NCBI GenBank assembly: GCA_903828255.1
Contig: CAIKLQ010000829.1
Coordinates: forward strand, 7,824-71,823
DNA length: 64,000 nt
DNA from: an uncultured Verrucomicrobiota bacterium
GTDB taxonomy: Bacteria; Verrucomicrobiota; Verrucomicrobiia; Limisphaerales; JADLHS01
Direction: 5' to 3'
The first letter of the stretch is position 1, and the number at the start of each line of letters is the position of its first letter. The notes beneath the pieces were generated by a model that saw only the letters and a program-made list of their open reading frames with translations, had not been told where the DNA came from and searched no databases. Shown in pieces: positions 63,600 to 64,000 of the stretch. The translations under genes and the position numbers were made by a program.

Positions 63600-64000
63600 T
63601 TACCGCGCCAGGCACGGGTTCCACAAGTCCACCTCCCGCGGCGGGTCGTAGGTGCTAAGGAAGGCCAAGGCTTCCGAGTGGCCGTCCACGAAGTTATAGT
63701 TCGACCGGCTTTGGTGCCGGTGCGCGGCCACATCGGTGGCGTCCTGGGACGTCATCCAGAAATGCGGCATGATGTGGTCCACGCTGCCAAGAGTCTCGGC
63801 CTGAAGGATGGTGGTCGCGGGTTTGGGAATGGCGGCAATCCGCCGCCAGGTCTGCGGGCTTCCGGCGTAATCGTCGGTGTCCGAGTTCAGCTCGAAATAC
63901 ACGCTCTGCCCGTAGCTCCAGGGGGTGGTCCGGGGGTCGCTGGGGCAATGGTAAACGCCCCGCAGGAGGTTCGTCCAGAGAGTGGGGTTCGGAGCCAACT
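63600..64000 (-). CDS. H-X9-DG (DUF1559-like) prepilin-type protein, C-terminal part; the gene runs off the window
   Basis: HRHQSRSNYNFVDGHSEAL is the H-X9-DG motif. The ORF is still open at the window edge. Confidence 0.7.
   Translation of the reverse strand, partial: LAPNPTLWTNLLRGVYHCPSDPRTTPWSYGQSVYFELNSDTDDYAGSPQTWRRIAAIPKPATTILQAETLGSVDHIMPHFWMTSQDATDVAAHRHQSRSNYNFVDGHSEALAFLSTYDPPREVDLWNPCLAR

Noticed and set aside
1-64000. Search by eye for tRNA, rRNA, tmRNA, RNase P and SRP RNA signatures in the spacers
   Set aside because: I saw no cloverleaf-compatible segments or conserved motifs such as GAGGAAAGTCC. A covariance-model scan (tRNAscan-SE, Infernal/Rfam) would be needed to exclude small RNAs properly.

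Overview
This is a GC-rich bacterial chromosomal window. Gene content points to Verrucomicrobiota: a PSCyt/DUF1549/DUF1553 + DUF1501 gene pair, H-X9-DG prepilin-like proteins and an ABC-2/GldG/DUF4340 module. That lineage call is inference from gene content only. I support about 40 protein genes, mostly housekeeping: infC, an HtrA-like protease, proS, an aminotransferase, recO, the conserved uppS-cdsA-dxr-rseP-ispG block, purA, rdgB, a cyclophilin, an IMPase-family gene, lnt, dctA, a PBP5-like carboxypeptidase and cusBA. I recognised no rRNA, tRNA or CRISPR array. Six things stand out. (1) Hairpin elements built from tandem 7-nt units occur in two intergenic spacers and also in frame inside conserved genes (ispG, rdgB, IMPase). 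A second palindromic repeat family sits in frame inside a two-SIS-domain gene and has a perfect intergenic sibling. (2) Nearly every spacer holds short inverted-repeat elements of several other families. (3) An operon encodes a HAD-UbiA fusion, a GMC oxidoreductase and two SDR epimerases, with a divergent multi-TM GT-C-like protein. It looks like a decaprenyl-phospho-arabinose-type lipid-linked sugar donor pathway built with non-orthologous enzymes. (4) An ABC-2/GldG/DUF4340 module appears to be co-operonic with a 1043-aa AsmA-like protein. (5) A small patch of mobile-element remnants holds two transposase N-terminal fragments and a DUF4338 fragment. (6) A sigma70-like promoter is followed by an intrinsic-terminator-like hairpin in the purA leader. 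All family assignments come from reading motifs by eye; no database search was run.
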